NCBI RefSeq assembly: GCF_027532945.1
Contig: NZ_JAPZTZ010000030.1
Span: 9,199-73,198 of the forward strand
From: Phreatobacter sp.
GTDB taxonomy: Bacteria; Pseudomonadota; Alphaproteobacteria; Rhizobiales; Phreatobacteraceae
Length of the DNA: 64,000 nt
Direction: 5' to 3'
Below are positions 39,271 through 48,932 of the stretch, piece after piece (position 1 is the stretch's first letter; every line of letters begins with the position of its first letter). The notes under the pieces are model-generated. The model was given only the letters and a program-made list of their open reading frames with translations, was not told the DNA's origin and searched no databases. A program made the translations under genes and the position numbers.

Positions 39271-40056
39271 CTATTGAACGGCCTTGCAGCCGGGACCTTC
39301 CCGCTGGGCCTCGACGCGCGCCGTCACCTGGCTGCCGAGAGCGCCGCGAAACACGATACGATCAAAGGACAGGGTGCGGGTCGACCACGTCCGGCCGCTG
39401 CGTGCCTGACGGAACGTGCAAACCGCACCCTCGCAACGAACAAGCGCGACACCGCCGAAGGTCGTCTGGTCACCACCCCAGTCGACGACGATACGGTCAC
39501 GCTCGATCACAAGCCCTTGGCCTGCTTCCGGACAACGCCCGTCCTCGAGGAAGACCCAACGTCCATAGGGCGGCGTTGGGCCGGGCTGCGGCCCTGCCTC
39601 CGGGCCACGTGGCGGCGGCATCCGGCCAGCGGCGACGAACTGGCGCCCATCCCAGCGATAGGCCGATTCGCCGCCGCGGCCGGCGATCACCAGAACCGAA
39701 GATGCTCCGTCGCCGCGGATGCTGGCGCCGAAACCCAGCGCTTGGAGCCTGGCGTCACGGTGACCTGCCGGAGACGAGATGAATACCTCGATCGCACAAC
39801 CACCGGTGCCGCAGAATGTACTCTCGGCGCCCCGGCAAACGAGCTGGTTCTGATCGAGGACGTAGTCGGGCACCCCGTCTCCGTTGAAGTCAGCCGTCCG
39901 CACGTAGCCGGGACGGATCGCCATTTGCCCACCGGCGTCACGACAGTCGCGAGCGGCCTGATCCCGCTCGGCCTGCACCGCGGGTGGCAGATCCTGCCCG
40001 GGGGCCTCGTGAACCAGCAGCAATCCGAACGCAGCTGCGGCAAGCAGACGCTTCAT
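39271..40056 (-). CDS. Hypothetical secreted Cys-rich protein
   Basis: Signal peptide MKRLLAAAAFGLLL, DFNGDGVPDY, FCGTGGC, Pro-rich linker, second domain; strong RBS upstream of ATG 40056. Confidence 0.7.
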   Translation of the reverse strand: MKRLLAAAAFGLLLVHEAPGQDLPPAVQAERDQAARDCRDAGGQMAIRPGYVRTADFNGDGVPDYVLDQNQLVCRGAESTFCGTGGCAIEVFISSPAGHRDARLQALGFGASIRGDGASSVLVIAGRGGESAYRWDGRQFVAAGRMPPPRGPEAGPQPGPTPPYGRWVFLEDGRCPEAGQGLVIERDRIVVDWGGDQTTFGGVALVRCEGAVCTFRQARSGRTWSTRTLSFDRIVFRGALGSQVTARVEAQREGPGCKAVQ

Positions 40057-40123
40057 GACCCCCTCCCTCAGACAAGCTGGGAGCCGAGCTTGGCAAACGG
40101 CGCACCCGCAGGGCAAGGGGGAA

Positions 40124-40696
40124 TCAGCGGGCCAGCGCCTTCTCGATCTCGGGCCGCAGGCGATCGCGCAGGCTGTCGGCGGTGATCGGCCCGACATGCT
40201 TGAACAGGATCACACCATCGCGCCCGACGACGAAGGTCTCCGGCACGCCATAGACGCCCCATTCGATGGAGGCGCGGCCGGACGTGTCGGCCCCGACCAG
40301 AGTGTAGGGATTGCCGTTGCGACCGAGGAACCGCCGCGCGTTCTCCGGCTGGTCCTTCTGGTTGATGCCGGCAAGGCGGAAACGCGTGTCCTTCGCCAGT
40401 TCCATGAGGAAGGGATGCTCCTCGTGGCAGGGAATGCACCAGGAGGCGAAGACATTGACCAGCGTGACCTGCCCCTGCAGCGCAGCGGTGGTGAGGCCCG
40501 GCCGCCCGACGCCCTCGACGGGGGGGAGCGACACCTGCGGCGCCGGCTTGCCGATGAGCGCCGAGGGCAACTTCTGCGGATCGCCGCGCAGGCCGATGAG
40601 GAAGACCACGACCAGCCCGGCGAAGATGACGAGCGGCAGGAAGGCCATGAAGGAGCGGCGGCGCGGCGGGGCGGCTTCGCCCGTGATCTGGCTCAT
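40124..40696 (-). CDS. ccmG: Thiol:disulfide interchange protein CcmG/DsbE
   Basis: TM anchor, LPSALIGKPAP, NVFASWCIPC, WGVYGVPETF. Confidence 0.93.
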   Translation of the reverse strand: MSQITGEAAPPRRRSFMAFLPLVIFAGLVVVFLIGLRGDPQKLPSALIGKPAPQVSLPPVEGVGRPGLTTAALQGQVTLVNVFASWCIPCHEEHPFLMELAKDTRFRLAGINQKDQPENARRFLGRNGNPYTLVGADTSGRASIEWGVYGVPETFVVGRDGVILFKHVGPITADSLRDRLRPEIEKALAR

Positions 40697-40878
40697 GACG
40701 CCTCTCCGCCGCGGGCCGAGCGGCGGGTGACGCCACGCGCCTCCAGCGCCGCCAGCGCCGCCTTCTGGCGGCGGTGGTCGATGGCGATCCAGGCGATGAG
40801 GGCGCCGATCGTCACCACCGTCACGGCATAGGAGGCGATGATGAAGCCGGCATGCTGCACCCCGAACATCGTGCCCAT
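40693..40878 (-). CDS. ccmD: Heme exporter protein CcmD
   Basis: About 61 aa, one TM segment (FIIASYAVTVVTIGALIAWI) and a basic tail; between ccmC and ccmG. Confidence 0.85.
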   Translation of the reverse strand: MGTMFGVQHAGFIIASYAVTVVTIGALIAWIAIDHRRQKAALAALEARGVTRRSARGGEAS

Positions 40879-40883
40879 GGCGC

Positions 40884-41648
40884 TTACTCCCCCGGCACCG
40901 GCTGCGCGCCGGCCGGCAGGGTCTCGCGCTGCGCCGCGATCAGCTGCATGGCGCGCACGCGGCGGCGCAGGATCTCGTTGCGCATGGCGGCGAGGTGCAT
41001 GACCAGGAAGAGCAGGGTGAAGGCGAGGGCCGAGACCATCAGCGGCGTCAGCAGCGAGGGATGGATGGTAGGTCCGCCGAGGCGGAACACCGAGGCGGGC
41101 TGGTGCAGCGTGTTCCACCAGTCCACCGAGAACTTGATGATCGGCAGGTTGACCGTGCCGACGAGGGTGAGAACCGCCGCGGCGCGTCCGGCCCTGCCGG
41201 GATCGTCCACCGAGCGCCAGAGCGCGATCAGTCCGAGATACATGAGGAGCAGAACGAGCTGCGAGGTCAGCCGCGCATCCCAGATCCACCAGGTGCCCCA
41301 CATGGGCTTGCCCCAGAGCGAGCCCGTGGCGAGGCAGATGAAGGTGAAGGCGGCGCCGATCGGGGCCGCGGCCTTGGCGGAGACATCGGCCAGCGGATGC
41401 CGCCAGACGAGGGTGCCGAGGGACGCCGCCGCCATCACCGCATAGCAGAACAGCGACAGCCAGGCGGCCGGCACGTGGATGTACATGATCCGGACCGTAT
41501 CGCCCTGCTGGTAGTCATCGGGCGAGACGAAGAAGACCTGCCAGGCCGCCACAGCAAACACGGCAACGGTCGCGGCGACGAGCCACGGCTGCACACGGGC
41601 GACGAGTGCGAGAAAGCGCGAGGGATTGGCGAGGTCAAGAAGCGCCAT
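40884..41648 (-). CDS. ccmC: Heme chaperone/exporter CcmC
   Basis: IMYIHVP, WWD motif WGKPMWGTWWIWDARLT, VDWWNTLHQ. Start refined to 41648. Confidence 0.95.
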   Translation of the reverse strand: MALLDLANPSRFLALVARVQPWLVAATVAVFAVAAWQVFFVSPDDYQQGDTVRIMYIHVPAAWLSLFCYAVMAAASLGTLVWRHPLADVSAKAAAPIGAAFTFICLATGSLWGKPMWGTWWIWDARLTSQLVLLLMYLGLIALWRSVDDPGRAGRAAAVLTLVGTVNLPIIKFSVDWWNTLHQPASVFRLGGPTIHPSLLTPLMVSALAFTLLFLVMHLAAMRNEILRRRVRAMQLIAAQRETLPAGAQPVPGE

Positions 41649-41711
41649 GCCCTTCTGATAGTGCGGGGCATGGGCCAAGGCAATGCGGCCGATCAACAGG
41701 TGGCCCGACGC

Positions 41712-41739
41712 AAAACGGCCCGGGGCGAGCCCGGGCCGT
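41712..41739 (-). terminator. Intrinsic terminator after the porin gene
   Basis: 10-bp stem ACGGCCCGGG / CCCGGGCCGT with a T-tract on the minus strand. Confidence 0.75.
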
Positions 41740-41763
41740 CTGGCATCACGCGGTTGTGCGCGG

Positions 41764-42435
41764 TCAGAAGCGGTAATTGACGCCGGTGCGGATCGTGTGG
41801 CTCGACAGGCCGATGCGCGGGGTGCCGGTCAGGTTGACATAGGTGGCACGGCCGAGATCGGTGTAGCGGTACTCGAGGAGCGCAGACCAGTTCGGGGCGA
41901 ACTTGTACTCGCCGCCGGCGCCGAGGGTCCAGCCGGTGAGGGTGCGCGACTGGCTCACGACGGCCGGGGCCAGCTCACGGGCATTGACGGTGCCGAGGGC
42001 GAGACCACCGGTGGCGTAGATGAGCAGGTTGTCCTGGACGGCATAGCCGAGGCGGCCGCGGATCGAGCCCTGCCAGTTCTCGGTGGCGCGCACGTCAACA
42101 CCCGGGCCGACGGCGACGAAGCGGCGGGAGATGCTGCCGTAGGAGATGTCGCCGGCAAGGCCGAGGACGATGCGGTTGATCTGGTAGTCGTAGCCGCCCT
42201 GCAGGCCGCCGAAGAAGCCCGAGGCGCTGCCGAGCGCGTAGCCGGCATTGTTGCGGAAGTTCGAGGAGAACCCGGCGCCGAGATGGGCACCGAGGTAGAA
42301 ACCGGTCCAGACGCCGGCCGGGGCGGCCGGGACGAAGACGGTGTCGGCGACCGGCTGGCGGCGCACGAGGTCGGCCGAATAGGCCGGGGTGGCGAGCATG
42401 GCGGCAGCGGCCGCGGCCCAGACGATCTTCTTCAT
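41764..42435 (-). CDS. Omp25/Omp31/RopB-family outer-membrane beta-barrel protein
   Basis: Signal peptide + AYSADL, WTGFYLG, GSIRGRLGYA, LIYATGGLA, GWTLGAGGEY, C-terminal GVNYRF; AGGAG RBS. Confidence 0.9.
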   Translation of the reverse strand: MKKIVWAAAAAAMLATPAYSADLVRRQPVADTVFVPAAPAGVWTGFYLGAHLGAGFSSNFRNNAGYALGSASGFFGGLQGGYDYQINRIVLGLAGDISYGSISRRFVAVGPGVDVRATENWQGSIRGRLGYAVQDNLLIYATGGLALGTVNARELAPAVVSQSRTLTGWTLGAGGEYKFAPNWSALLEYRYTDLGRATYVNLTGTPRIGLSSHTIRTGVNYRF

Positions 42436-42556
42436 AATCAACTCCTGTCCCACGGACGACGGCCGGAAAGTCGAGCGGCCGCGGTCCCCGTTGCGATGCG
42501 GTGAATGATCCATAACCGCATTCGTTCGAATTTTCGCCTGTTCCTTGACCGCGTCC

Positions 42557-42571
42557 TTAATGGAGCGTTAC
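42557..42571. promoter_or_regulatory. CtrA-like box upstream of the porin
   Basis: TTAA-TGGAGCG-TTAC (1 mismatch), about 120 nt upstream of the porin ATG. Confidence 0.45.
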
Positions 42572-42973
42572 CGCAGACAGACCTCACAAGCGTCGATCGA
42601 CGCCTACCCCCTGTTCATTTCCATCGGTTGTTGGCTGAAATGAGGCACGACATCAAAGTCATATTTGGAAATAAGGTGTTACTTCAGCCTAAAATGAAAC
42701 TTTATACTGACAAGCGTTAAAGTATTTTCTTTCGTTCGACTGTTCGACTGTGGCGCAATCGTGGCCATGCGCGGTCAACGGTCGGGCATCCCAGGTGAAC
42801 CGGCCCGGAGGGGCCGGCGTAGTGCGTCACAATCACCTGAGGGGCCGGCGCTGAGTGCCGCGGAGCCTTGGGGTTACCTGCCGGGTAAGGCTCTCGCCTG
42901 CCGCGGCCGGGTGTGGCAGGACGGCATCGGTGGCGCGACAACGCGTCCGATGCGCATGACGGGAGCCTTGTTC

Positions 42974-43729
42974 ATGAGCCATCCGGGAGCGGCGCTCGTC
43001 ACCGGCGGGGCGCGACGCGTCGGCCGCGCCATCGTCGAGGCGCTGGCGGGCGCCGGCTATGCGGTGGCCATCCATGCCAATCGGTCGCGCGCCGAGGCCG
43101 AGGCCCTGGCGGCGGAGCTGACGGCCCGCGGCGCCCGTGCTGCGGTGGTCGTCGCCGACCTCGCCGAGCCCGCCGATGTGGACGGGCTCATCGCGGCGGC
43201 CGCCGCTGCCATCGGGCCCCTCACCCTGCTGGTAAACAATGCCAGCGAGTTCGAGGTCGACGAACTCGGCACCCTCACTCGCGAGGTCTGGAACCGCCAG
43301 TTCCGGGTGAACATCCAGACGCCGTCCTTCCTCGCCCAGGACTTCGCGGCCCAGGCGCCGGACGGCTCGGCCATCATCAATCTCACCGACCAGCGCGTCT
43401 TCAAGCCGACGCCGCAGTTCTATTCCTATGCCCTCACCAAGGTGGCGCTGCACGCAGCGACTGTGGCGATGGCACAGGCCTTCGCCCCCCGCATCCGCGT
43501 CAATGCCGTGGCCCCGGGCCCGAGCCTGCAGGGCCACCGCCAGGGGCCCGAGGACTTCGCCCGCCAGACGGCGGCGACCCTCACCCAGACGGGAAGCCCG
43601 CCGGTCGAGATCGCCCGCGCCGTGCTCTATCTCGCCTCGGCAACAGCCGTCACCGGCGTCACCATCCCCGTCGACGGCGGCCAGCATCTCGTCTGGCAGA
43701 CGCCGGACGTCACCGGCCTGCGCGAATAG
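42974..43729 (+). CDS. Short-chain dehydrogenase/reductase (pteridine-reductase-like)
   Basis: [19 protein letters not shown] (YxxxK), RVNAVAPG. Start refined to 42974. Confidence 0.88.
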   Translation: MSHPGAALVTGGARRVGRAIVEALAGAGYAVAIHANRSRAEAEALAAELTARGARAAVVVADLAEPADVDGLIAAAAAAIGPLTLLVNNASEFEVDELGTLTREVWNRQFRVNIQTPSFLAQDFAAQAPDGSAIINLTDQRVFKPTPQFYSYALTKVALHAATVAMAQAFAPRIRVNAVAPGPSLQGHRQGPEDFARQTAATLTQTGSPPVEIARAVLYLASATAVTGVTIPVDGGQHLVWQTPDVTGLRE

Positions 43730-43790
43730 GCGGGGGCAGCGCCGCTCCTGCCAGATGTCGGCTGGCGCGATCGCCTATATATCGCTGAGG

Positions 43791-45800
43791 ATGAGTCGCG
43801 CCGGCCGCACCAATATCGATCCAGACCTGAGGGACCCGGAAACCGTCGAGGCCGACGAGCCGGAAACCCTCGTCCTCGACCTCGCGCCGGAGGACGAGCA
43901 GGCCCCCGCCGAGGGCACGATTGCCGCCGGCATGGAGGTCATCAAGGCGGCGGTGAAACACGCGCCCAAGGGCCCCGGCGTCTATCGCATGATCGATGCG
44001 AAGGGCGAGGTCCTCTATGTCGGCAAGGCGAAGTCCATCGCCAAGCGGGTGATCTCCTATACGCGCCCGACCGGTCTCGTCAGCCGCATCGCCCGCATGG
44101 TCGCCGTCACCACGGCGATGGAATTCGTCTCGACCAAGACCGAGACCGAGGCGCTGCTGCTCGAGGCCAACCTCATCAAGCAGCTGCGGCCCCGCTTCAA
44201 CGTGCTGATGCGGGACGACAAGTCCTTTCCCTACATCCTCATCACCGGCGACCACGATGCGCCGCGCATCGCCAAGCACCGGGGCGCCCGAGTCGCGAAG
44301 GGCGACTATTTTGGCCCCTTCGCCTCGGCCTGGGCGGTGGGGCGCACCATCAACGCGCTGGAGCGCGCCTTCCTCGTGCGCTCCTGCACCGATGCCGTTT
44401 TCGAGAGCCGCACCAGGCCGTGCCTCCTCTTCCAGATCAAACGCTGCGCCGGCCCCTGCACCGGCGAGGTTTCGGGCGAGGACTATGCCGCGCTGGTCAA
44501 GGAGGCGAAGCTCTTCCTCTCCGGCCGCAGCCAGGCGGTGAAGCAGCTCCTCGCCCGGCAGATGGAGGAGGCCGCCGAGGCCATGGAGTTCGAGCGCGCC
44601 GCGGTCTATCGCGACCGCCTTGCCGCGCTCTCCGCCGTCCAGGCAACGCAGGGCATCAATCCGCGCGGCGTCGAGGAGGCCGATGTCTTCGCGGCCGTGC
44701 AAGAAGGAGGTCAGACCTGCATTCAGGTCTTCTTCTTCCGCACTGGCCAGAACTGGGGCAACCGCGCCTATTACCCCAAGGCCGACCGCTCGCTGGAGGC
44801 CGCCGAGGTCCTGTCGTCCTTCGTCGCCCAGTTCTACGACGACAAGCCGCCGCCGGCGCAGGTGCTGCTGTCGCATGACATCGAGGACCAGTCAGTCCTC
44901 GCCGAGGCGCTCACCGCCCGCGCCGGCCGCAAGGTCGAGGTGGCGACGCCGAAGCGCGGCGAAAAGAAGGATCTCGTCGACCACGCGGCCCAGAACGCCC
45001 GCGAGGCGCTCGGTCGCCAGCTCGCTGAGAGCGCCTCGCAGCTGAAGCTGCTGCAGGGCCTCGCCGGCGCCTTCGGCCTTGCTGCCCCGCCGCGCCGCAT
45101 CGAGGTCTATGACAACTCCCACATCATGGGCACGAATGCGGTCGGCGGCATGATCGTCGCGGGGCCGGAAGGCTTCCGCCGCCGCGACTACCGCACCTTC
45201 AACATCAAGTCGGACATCGCGCCGGGTGACGATTTCGGCATGATGCGCGAGGTTCTGGAGCGCCGCTTCAAGCGCCTCGTGAAGGATGCGCCGAAACAGG
45301 TCGAGACCGACACCGAAGCCGCGGGCGACGATCCGGAGGCGGAGTCCTCCTGGCCCGATCTTGTGGTGATCGATGGCGGCCCCGGCCAGCTGTCGGCGGC
45401 GCAGGCGATCCTCACCGATCTCGGCATCACCGACGTGCCGCTCGTCGCCATCGCCAAGGGGCGAGACCGCGAGGCCGGCCGCGAGACCTTCCACATGCCG
45501 GGCCGCGACCCGTTCCGCCTGGAGCCGCGCGATCCCGTCCTCTACTTCGTCCAGCGCCTGCGCGACGAGGCTCACCGCTTCGCCATCGGCACCCATCGCG
45601 GCCGTCGCAAGAAGGACATCCGCTCGGCCGGGCTCGCCGAGATCGGCGGCATTGGACCTGCCCGCAAGCGCGCGCTGCTCAACCATTTCGGAACGCTCAA
45701 GGCCATCGAGCGGGCAAGCCTCGACGACCTCCAGCGCGCGCCGGGCATCAATGCCGCGACGGCGCAGGCGGTCTACAACTTCTTCCACCCGCAGGGGTGA
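43791..45800 (+). CDS. uvrC: Excinuclease ABC subunit C
   Basis: GIY-YIG (PGVYRM...LYVGKAK), Cys cluster (RSC...[15 protein letters not shown]), UVR domain, RNase H-like region (EVYDNSH, DGG), C-terminal HhH. Confidence 0.97.
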   Translation: MSRAGRTNIDPDLRDPETVEADEPETLVLDLAPEDEQAPAEGTIAAGMEVIKAAVKHAPKGPGVYRMIDAKGEVLYVGKAKSIAKRVISYTRPTGLVSRIARMVAVTTAMEFVSTKTETEALLLEANLIKQLRPRFNVLMRDDKSFPYILITGDHDAPRIAKHRGARVAKGDYFGPFASAWAVGRTINALERAFLVRSCTDAVFESRTRPCLLFQIKRCAGPCTGEVSGEDYAALVKEAKLFLSGRSQAVKQLLARQMEEAAEAMEFERAAVYRDRLAALSAVQATQGINPRGVEEADVFAAVQEGGQTCIQVFFFRTGQNWGNRAYYPKADRSLEAAEVLSSFVAQFYDDKPPPAQVLLSHDIEDQSVLAEALTARAGRKVEVATPKRGEKKDLVDHAAQNAREALGRQLAESASQLKLLQGLAGAFGLAAPPRRIEVYDNSHIMGTNAVGGMIVAGPEGFRRRDYRTFNIKSDIAPGDDFGMMREVLERRFKRLVKDAPKQVETDTEAAGDDPEAESSWPDLVVIDGGPGQLSAAQAILTDLGITDVPLVAIAKGRDREAGRETFHMPGRDPFRLEPRDPVLYFVQRLRDEAHRFAIGTHRGRRKKDIRSAGLAEIGGIGPARKRALLNHFGTLKAIERASLDDLQRAPGINAATAQAVYNFFHPQG

Positions 45801-45804
45801 TGGC

Positions 45805-46539
45805 TCACTCGCCCTCGCCGCGCGCACGCGATTCGGCGATCAGCCGGTTCGTCGCCGCCTCGATGTCGGCCTCGAGCTTCGCGGAGAACTCCGCCGGCGG
45901 CAGGCCGGGCGGGATCGGGTCGAGAAACTCCACCAGCACCGTACCGGGTCGGCGGGTGAAGGCCTTGCGGCTCCAGAACATGCCGGAATTGAGCGCCACC
46001 GGCTGGCAGGGCAGGCCGAGCGCCCGGTAGAGATGGGTCACGCCGAACTTGTAGTCGGGCGGCGCGTCGACAGCCCGGCGCGTGCCCTCGGGAAAGATCA
46101 TCACCTGTCGGCCGATCGCCGCGGCGCGCTTGGCGCCCACCGTGATGGAGGCGAGCGCCTCGCCCTTGCGGCCGCGGTCCACCGGAATCTGCTTCGCCTT
46201 CCAGATGAGCCAGCCGAACAGCGGCACATAGGCGAGCTGGCGCTTGTAGACATAGGCCGGGCGCCGGAACGGAAGGAAGAAGGCGAAGGTCTCCCAGGCC
46301 GACTGGTGCTTCGCCGCAACCAGGATCGGTCCGTCCGGAATCTTCTCCATGCCACGCCATTCGACCTTGAGGCCGCAGATCACCCGGAGCGCCCAGAGAT
46401 TGCCGCGGCCCCAGACCAGGCCGATAAAGAGAATGGGCCTGTCGCTCGGCCAGGCGAGCGCCGGGAGGATGATGATCATCAGGAACAACGTCCAGAGATA
46501 GAAGAAGACGTTGAACAGGAGGGAACGCAGGTGGAGCAT
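45805..46539 (-). CDS. plsC: 1-acyl-sn-glycerol-3-phosphate acyltransferase
   Basis: KHQSAWET, YKRQL, IFPEGTR, PVALNSG. Start refined to 46539. Confidence 0.85.
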   Translation of the reverse strand: MLHLRSLLFNVFFYLWTLFLMIIILPALAWPSDRPILFIGLVWGRGNLWALRVICGLKVEWRGMEKIPDGPILVAAKHQSAWETFAFFLPFRRPAYVYKRQLAYVPLFGWLIWKAKQIPVDRGRKGEALASITVGAKRAAAIGRQVMIFPEGTRRAVDAPPDYKFGVTHLYRALGLPCQPVALNSGMFWSRKAFTRRPGTVLVEFLDPIPPGLPPAEFSAKLEADIEAATNRLIAESRARGEGE

Positions 46540-46565
46540 CGGGCGGGTCCTCGCCGCCCGGTGGA

Positions 46566-47315
46566 TCAGCTCCGGGCGGTGCGCAGTCTCTGCTGCGCGG
46601 GGTCGGCTGTGGCGCGGTCGAGGCGGAGCCCGACCGCGGCCATCAGGTATTTGGCATATTCGAAGCCGAGAATCTTCACGCTCGCCGCGTCTTTCCACCA
46701 GCCGTCCGGGTGGAGCACCCCGGTCTGCACGGGGAAGGCCACCAGCCGGACCCCCGGCATGAGCTGCTGCAGCTCCAGCATGGTGCGCGGCATGTGATAG
46801 CCGGAGGTCACCACGAGCAGCGAGCGGAAGGCGTGGAGCCGCACCCATTTCGCCGTCTCGATGGCATTGCCGCGGGTGTTGAGCGCCCGGTGGTCGAGAT
46901 CGATGCAGCAGCCGAGGAAGGCGGTCGCGGCCGGCACCGCGCGGGAGAGTTCGCGCTCACCGACCATGGGATTGACGCCGCTGATGAGGAGCCGCCGGCC
47001 ATGGCCGGTGCCGAGCAGCGTCACCGCGTCGCTGACTCGCGAGGCGCCGCCGGTCAGCGCCACGATGGCCTCGGTGCGCGGGCTCGACGGGTCATAGGGG
47101 CGGGTGGCGCTCTCGGCGAAGGCGATGAAGCCACCGAGGAGGCCGGCGGCGAGAGAGGCGGCAATCGCGGGCAACAGGAAGCGCGGGCGCAGGAGGCGAC
47201 GCAGCGCCGGGACCCGGCCGGAGCGATCATCCGCCCGGGGAGCACCCGTCTCGGGGCCGGGCAGGTTCCGGCCTGTCGCGCTGTCCATGCGCAGGGTCGT
47301 CATGGAAAAGATCAT
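46566..47315 (-). CDS. YdcF/DUF218 family protein
   Basis: TM segment, AIVALTGG, LLISG, ALNTRGNA.ET, LLVVTSGYHMPR, EYAKY. Exact start uncertain. Confidence 0.85.
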   Translation of the reverse strand: MIFSMTTLRMDSATGRNLPGPETGAPRADDRSGRVPALRRLLRPRFLLPAIAASLAAGLLGGFIAFAESATRPYDPSSPRTEAIVALTGGASRVSDAVTLLGTGHGRRLLISGVNPMVGERELSRAVPAATAFLGCCIDLDHRALNTRGNAIETAKWVRLHAFRSLLVVTSGYHMPRTMLELQQLMPGVRLVAFPVQTGVLHPDGWWKDAASVKILGFEYAKYLMAAVGLRLDRATADPAQQRLRTARS

Positions 47316-47475
47316 AGCGCCGAATGCGGCAATCCAAAGTCCCCTTCGTGATGGCCTGCCACGCTTCCTGCCGAAGGCTTAAGCGTGTCTTTCGCAGCCC
47401 GCTGCCTCCCCCTTCGGCCGGATTGACTTGGCCGACGGCCCGCCGAAGTCTGGCGGCCCGATCCGGAGACCCCCG

Positions 47476-48450
47476 ATGCGCGCCGTCCTGTGCAAGGCCT
47501 ATGGCCCCCCCGAGAGCCTCGTCGTCGAGGAGCTGCCCGATCCGGTGCCCGGCCCCGGCGAGGCCGTCGTCGCCGTCACGGCCGTGGGCCTCAACTTCTT
47601 CGACAACCTGATCATCAAGAACATGTACCAGGTGAAGCCCGAGCTGCCCTTCTCGCCGGGCTCGGAATTCGCCGGCCGGATCGCCGCTCTCGGCGAAGGT
47701 GTCACCGGCCTCAAGGTCGGCGACCGTGTCCTCGGCAACGTGCCGCATGGCGCCGCCCGCACCCATGTCGTGGCGAAGGCCAAGACCCTCGCCCCCATTC
47801 CCGACGGCCTCTCCGACGAGCAGGCGGCCGGCATGATCATCACCTATGGCACGACGATCCACGCGCTGAAGGACCGCGCCCAGCTGAAGCCCGGCGAGAC
47901 GCTGGCCGTCCTCGGCGCGGCCGGCGGCGTCGGCCTCGCGGCGATCGAGCTCGGCAAGGCCATGGGCGCGAGGGTCATCGCCTGCGCCTCCTCCGACGAC
48001 AAGCTCGCCTTCTGCCGCGAGCATGGCGCCGACGAGGTGCTGAACTACGCCACCCACGATCTCAAGGAAGGCCTGCGCGCCCTGACCGGCGGCAAGGGGC
48101 CGGACGTCATCTATGACCCCGTGGGCGACAAGCTCGCCGAGCCGGCCCTGCGCGCCATTGCCTGGGAGGGCCGCTTCCTCGTCATCGGCTTCGCCGGCGG
48201 CGAGATCCCGAAGATCCCGCTGAACCTCACCCTGCTGAAGGGCTGCGACATCCGCGGCGTGTTCTGGGGCGCCTTCGCCCAGAAGGAGCCGGAGAAGAAC
48301 CGGCAGAACCTCATCCAGGTGGCGAAATGGACGGCGGAGGGCAAGCTGTCCCTCCATGTCCACGGCACCTATCCGCTGGAGAAGATCGCCGAGGCTCTGA
48401 ATGTGCTGACCAGCCGCCAGGCCCGCGGCAAGGTCATCCTCAAGCCCTGA
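47476..48450 (+). CDS. NADPH:quinone oxidoreductase family (MDR) protein
   Basis: PFSPGSEFAG, LGAAGGVGLAA, DVIYDPVG, GRFLVIGFAGG, GKVIL. Start refined to 47476. Confidence 0.92.
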   Translation: MRAVLCKAYGPPESLVVEELPDPVPGPGEAVVAVTAVGLNFFDNLIIKNMYQVKPELPFSPGSEFAGRIAALGEGVTGLKVGDRVLGNVPHGAARTHVVAKAKTLAPIPDGLSDEQAAGMIITYGTTIHALKDRAQLKPGETLAVLGAAGGVGLAAIELGKAMGARVIACASSDDKLAFCREHGADEVLNYATHDLKEGLRALTGGKGPDVIYDPVGDKLAEPALRAIAWEGRFLVIGFAGGEIPKIPLNLTLLKGCDIRGVFWGAFAQKEPEKNRQNLIQVAKWTAEGKLSLHVHGTYPLEKIAEALNVLTSRQARGKVILKP

Positions 48451-48459
48451 GCGGCCGGA

Positions 48460-48837
48460 TCAGACGGCGTCCGCCACGAGGACGGGCGCGCGGCTGACGA
48501 GGTCGGCCTCGACCGCGGCGCGGGCCTCGGCGCTCTCGGCGATGAGGTGGACGTGGACCTCCTCGGCCCGCTTCATCTGGGCGAGGCGGGCGAGCGCTGC
48601 CGGGGAAGCCGGCGAGCGCCCGGCCCAAAGCGCCACGCGCGTGCCGTCCGCCTCGCGACGGGCGAGCACCACGATGGCGCCGGGATAGGCCGGCGGCGCA
48701 GCGACATCATGAACGGTGACGAGGTAGCGGCGCCCGGAGGCGCCGCGCCAGGCGTGGAAGCGGGAGGCGAGCCCGGCCGCGGCGAGGGCGGCGGGCGTGC
48801 CGGCGTCGAAAGCATGGATCATCTGGCGGTTCGTCAT
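48460..48837 (-). CDS. Hypothetical protein, probable SOS gene, degenerate GIY-YIG-like
   Basis: 125 aa; WRGASGRRY, PAYPGAIVVL, LWAGRS, EVHVH; ATG 2 nt downstream of a LexA box. Confidence 0.7.
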   Translation of the reverse strand: MTNRQMIHAFDAGTPAALAAAGLASRFHAWRGASGRRYLVTVHDVAAPPAYPGAIVVLARREADGTRVALWAGRSPASPAALARLAQMKRAEEVHVHLIAESAEARAAVEADLVSRAPVLVADAV

Positions 48838-48839
48838 GA

Positions 48840-48854
48840 GAACATAATGCGAAC
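48840..48854 (-). promoter_or_regulatory. Alphaproteobacterial LexA (SOS) box
   Basis: GTTC-GCATTAT-GTTC (plus strand GAAC-N7-GAAC), an exact match to the consensus. Confidence 0.85.
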
Positions 48855-48873
48855 AGACCGGCGTCACGGTCAA
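48844..48873 (-). promoter_or_regulatory. sigma70 promoter overlapping the LexA box
   Basis: TTGACC-N18-CATTAT; 6 nt separate the -10 from the A of ATG. Confidence 0.65.
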
Positions 48874-48932
48874 GCGCGGAGTGATGCCCAGCGGCCCTCC
48901 TGCTGCCAGCGTTCTGGCAGGAGCCTTCGTCC

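Noticed and set aside
42505-42720. 71-aa ORF in the AT-rich intergenic region
   Set aside because: No RBS, no motif and atypical codons; better explained as regulatory DNA.
42725-42750. GTTC repeats resembling a LexA box upstream of SDR-uvrC
   Set aside because: Spacing is 4 nt, not 7; no valid box found before uvrC.
46290-46320. PlsC catalytic motif reads HQSAWE instead of HX4D
   Set aside because: As I recall, the Glu variant is common in this alphaproteobacterial subfamily; no sign of inactivation.
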